DNA of 43,085 bases, from IMG/VR virus record IMGVR_UViG_3300006201_000477. The stretch is one strand, 5' to 3'. The notes under the pieces were generated by a model, which saw nothing but the letters and a program-made list of their open reading frames with translations, ran no database searches and had not been told where the DNA came from. Made by a program: the position numbers and the translations under genes. Source of the DNA: a virus. Positions within the stretch are counted from its first letter, which is position 1. Each line of letters starts with the position of its first letter. Below are positions 43,064 through 43,085 of the stretch, in pieces.

Positions 43064-43085
43064 ATGTAATTCCTCCTAAATTACT
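43064..43085. repeat. Terminal direct repeat; identical to 1..22
   Basis: 22/22 identity with the window start. Confidence 0.9.

Noticed and set aside
1-43085. tRNA, rRNA or tmRNA genes and CRISPR arrays anywhere in the window
   Set aside because: Reading the intergenic regions showed no cloverleaf-like GC-rich segments and no regularly spaced repeats. This was not verified with tRNAscan or a CRISPR finder.

Overview
The window reads as a complete, probably circularly closed genome of about 43 kb. It belongs to a temperate, PBSX-like contractile-tailed phage of an AT-rich Firmicute (Clostridia-like). The first 22 nt are identical to the last 22 nt.

Nearly all lytic genes are on the minus strand. 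In transcription order they are:
- a Cro-like regulator, a Rha antirepressor and an array of small HTH genes (wrapping across the window ends);
- a SleB-like hydrolase, a Rad52-like annealing protein, a DUF4373 replication protein and a Dam methylase;
- a sigma-region-4-like late regulator, terS, and an interrupted terL;
- portal, a MuF protein with a C-terminal HExxH domain, scaffold, capsid and connectors;
- sheath, tube, a chaperone with a -1 frameshift, tape measure and the XkdP-U baseplate;
- tail fibres, XhlA, holin and a GH25 endolysin.

The plus strand carries the lysogeny genes: a CI-like repressor, three accessory genes (lipoprotein, SH3b protein, DUF3644 protein) and a large serine integrase.

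The most unusual content:
1. A radical SAM/SPASM maturase operon inside the tail-fibre module, next to a 130-aa protein with 22 Cys in its first 85 residues at strict CXXX spacing. Two paralogous fibre genes bracket it.
2. A 28-aa holin-like type I toxin ORF, missed by the ORF track, with a convergent candidate antisense sRNA that shares a bidirectional terminator.
3. Three tandem paralogous cassettes of 3'-overlapping convergent XRE genes. Each has its own 6-N3-6 palindromic operators and a GC hairpin terminator embedded in the partner's coding sequence.
4. A 519-nt group I-like intron with a decayed GIY-YIG ORF splitting terL.
5. A MuF polymorphic-toxin-like head protein with a candidate immunity gene.
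6. Promoter/terminator-delimited morons, and internal terminators in the late operon.

All family assignments come from motif recognition by eye. No database search was run.
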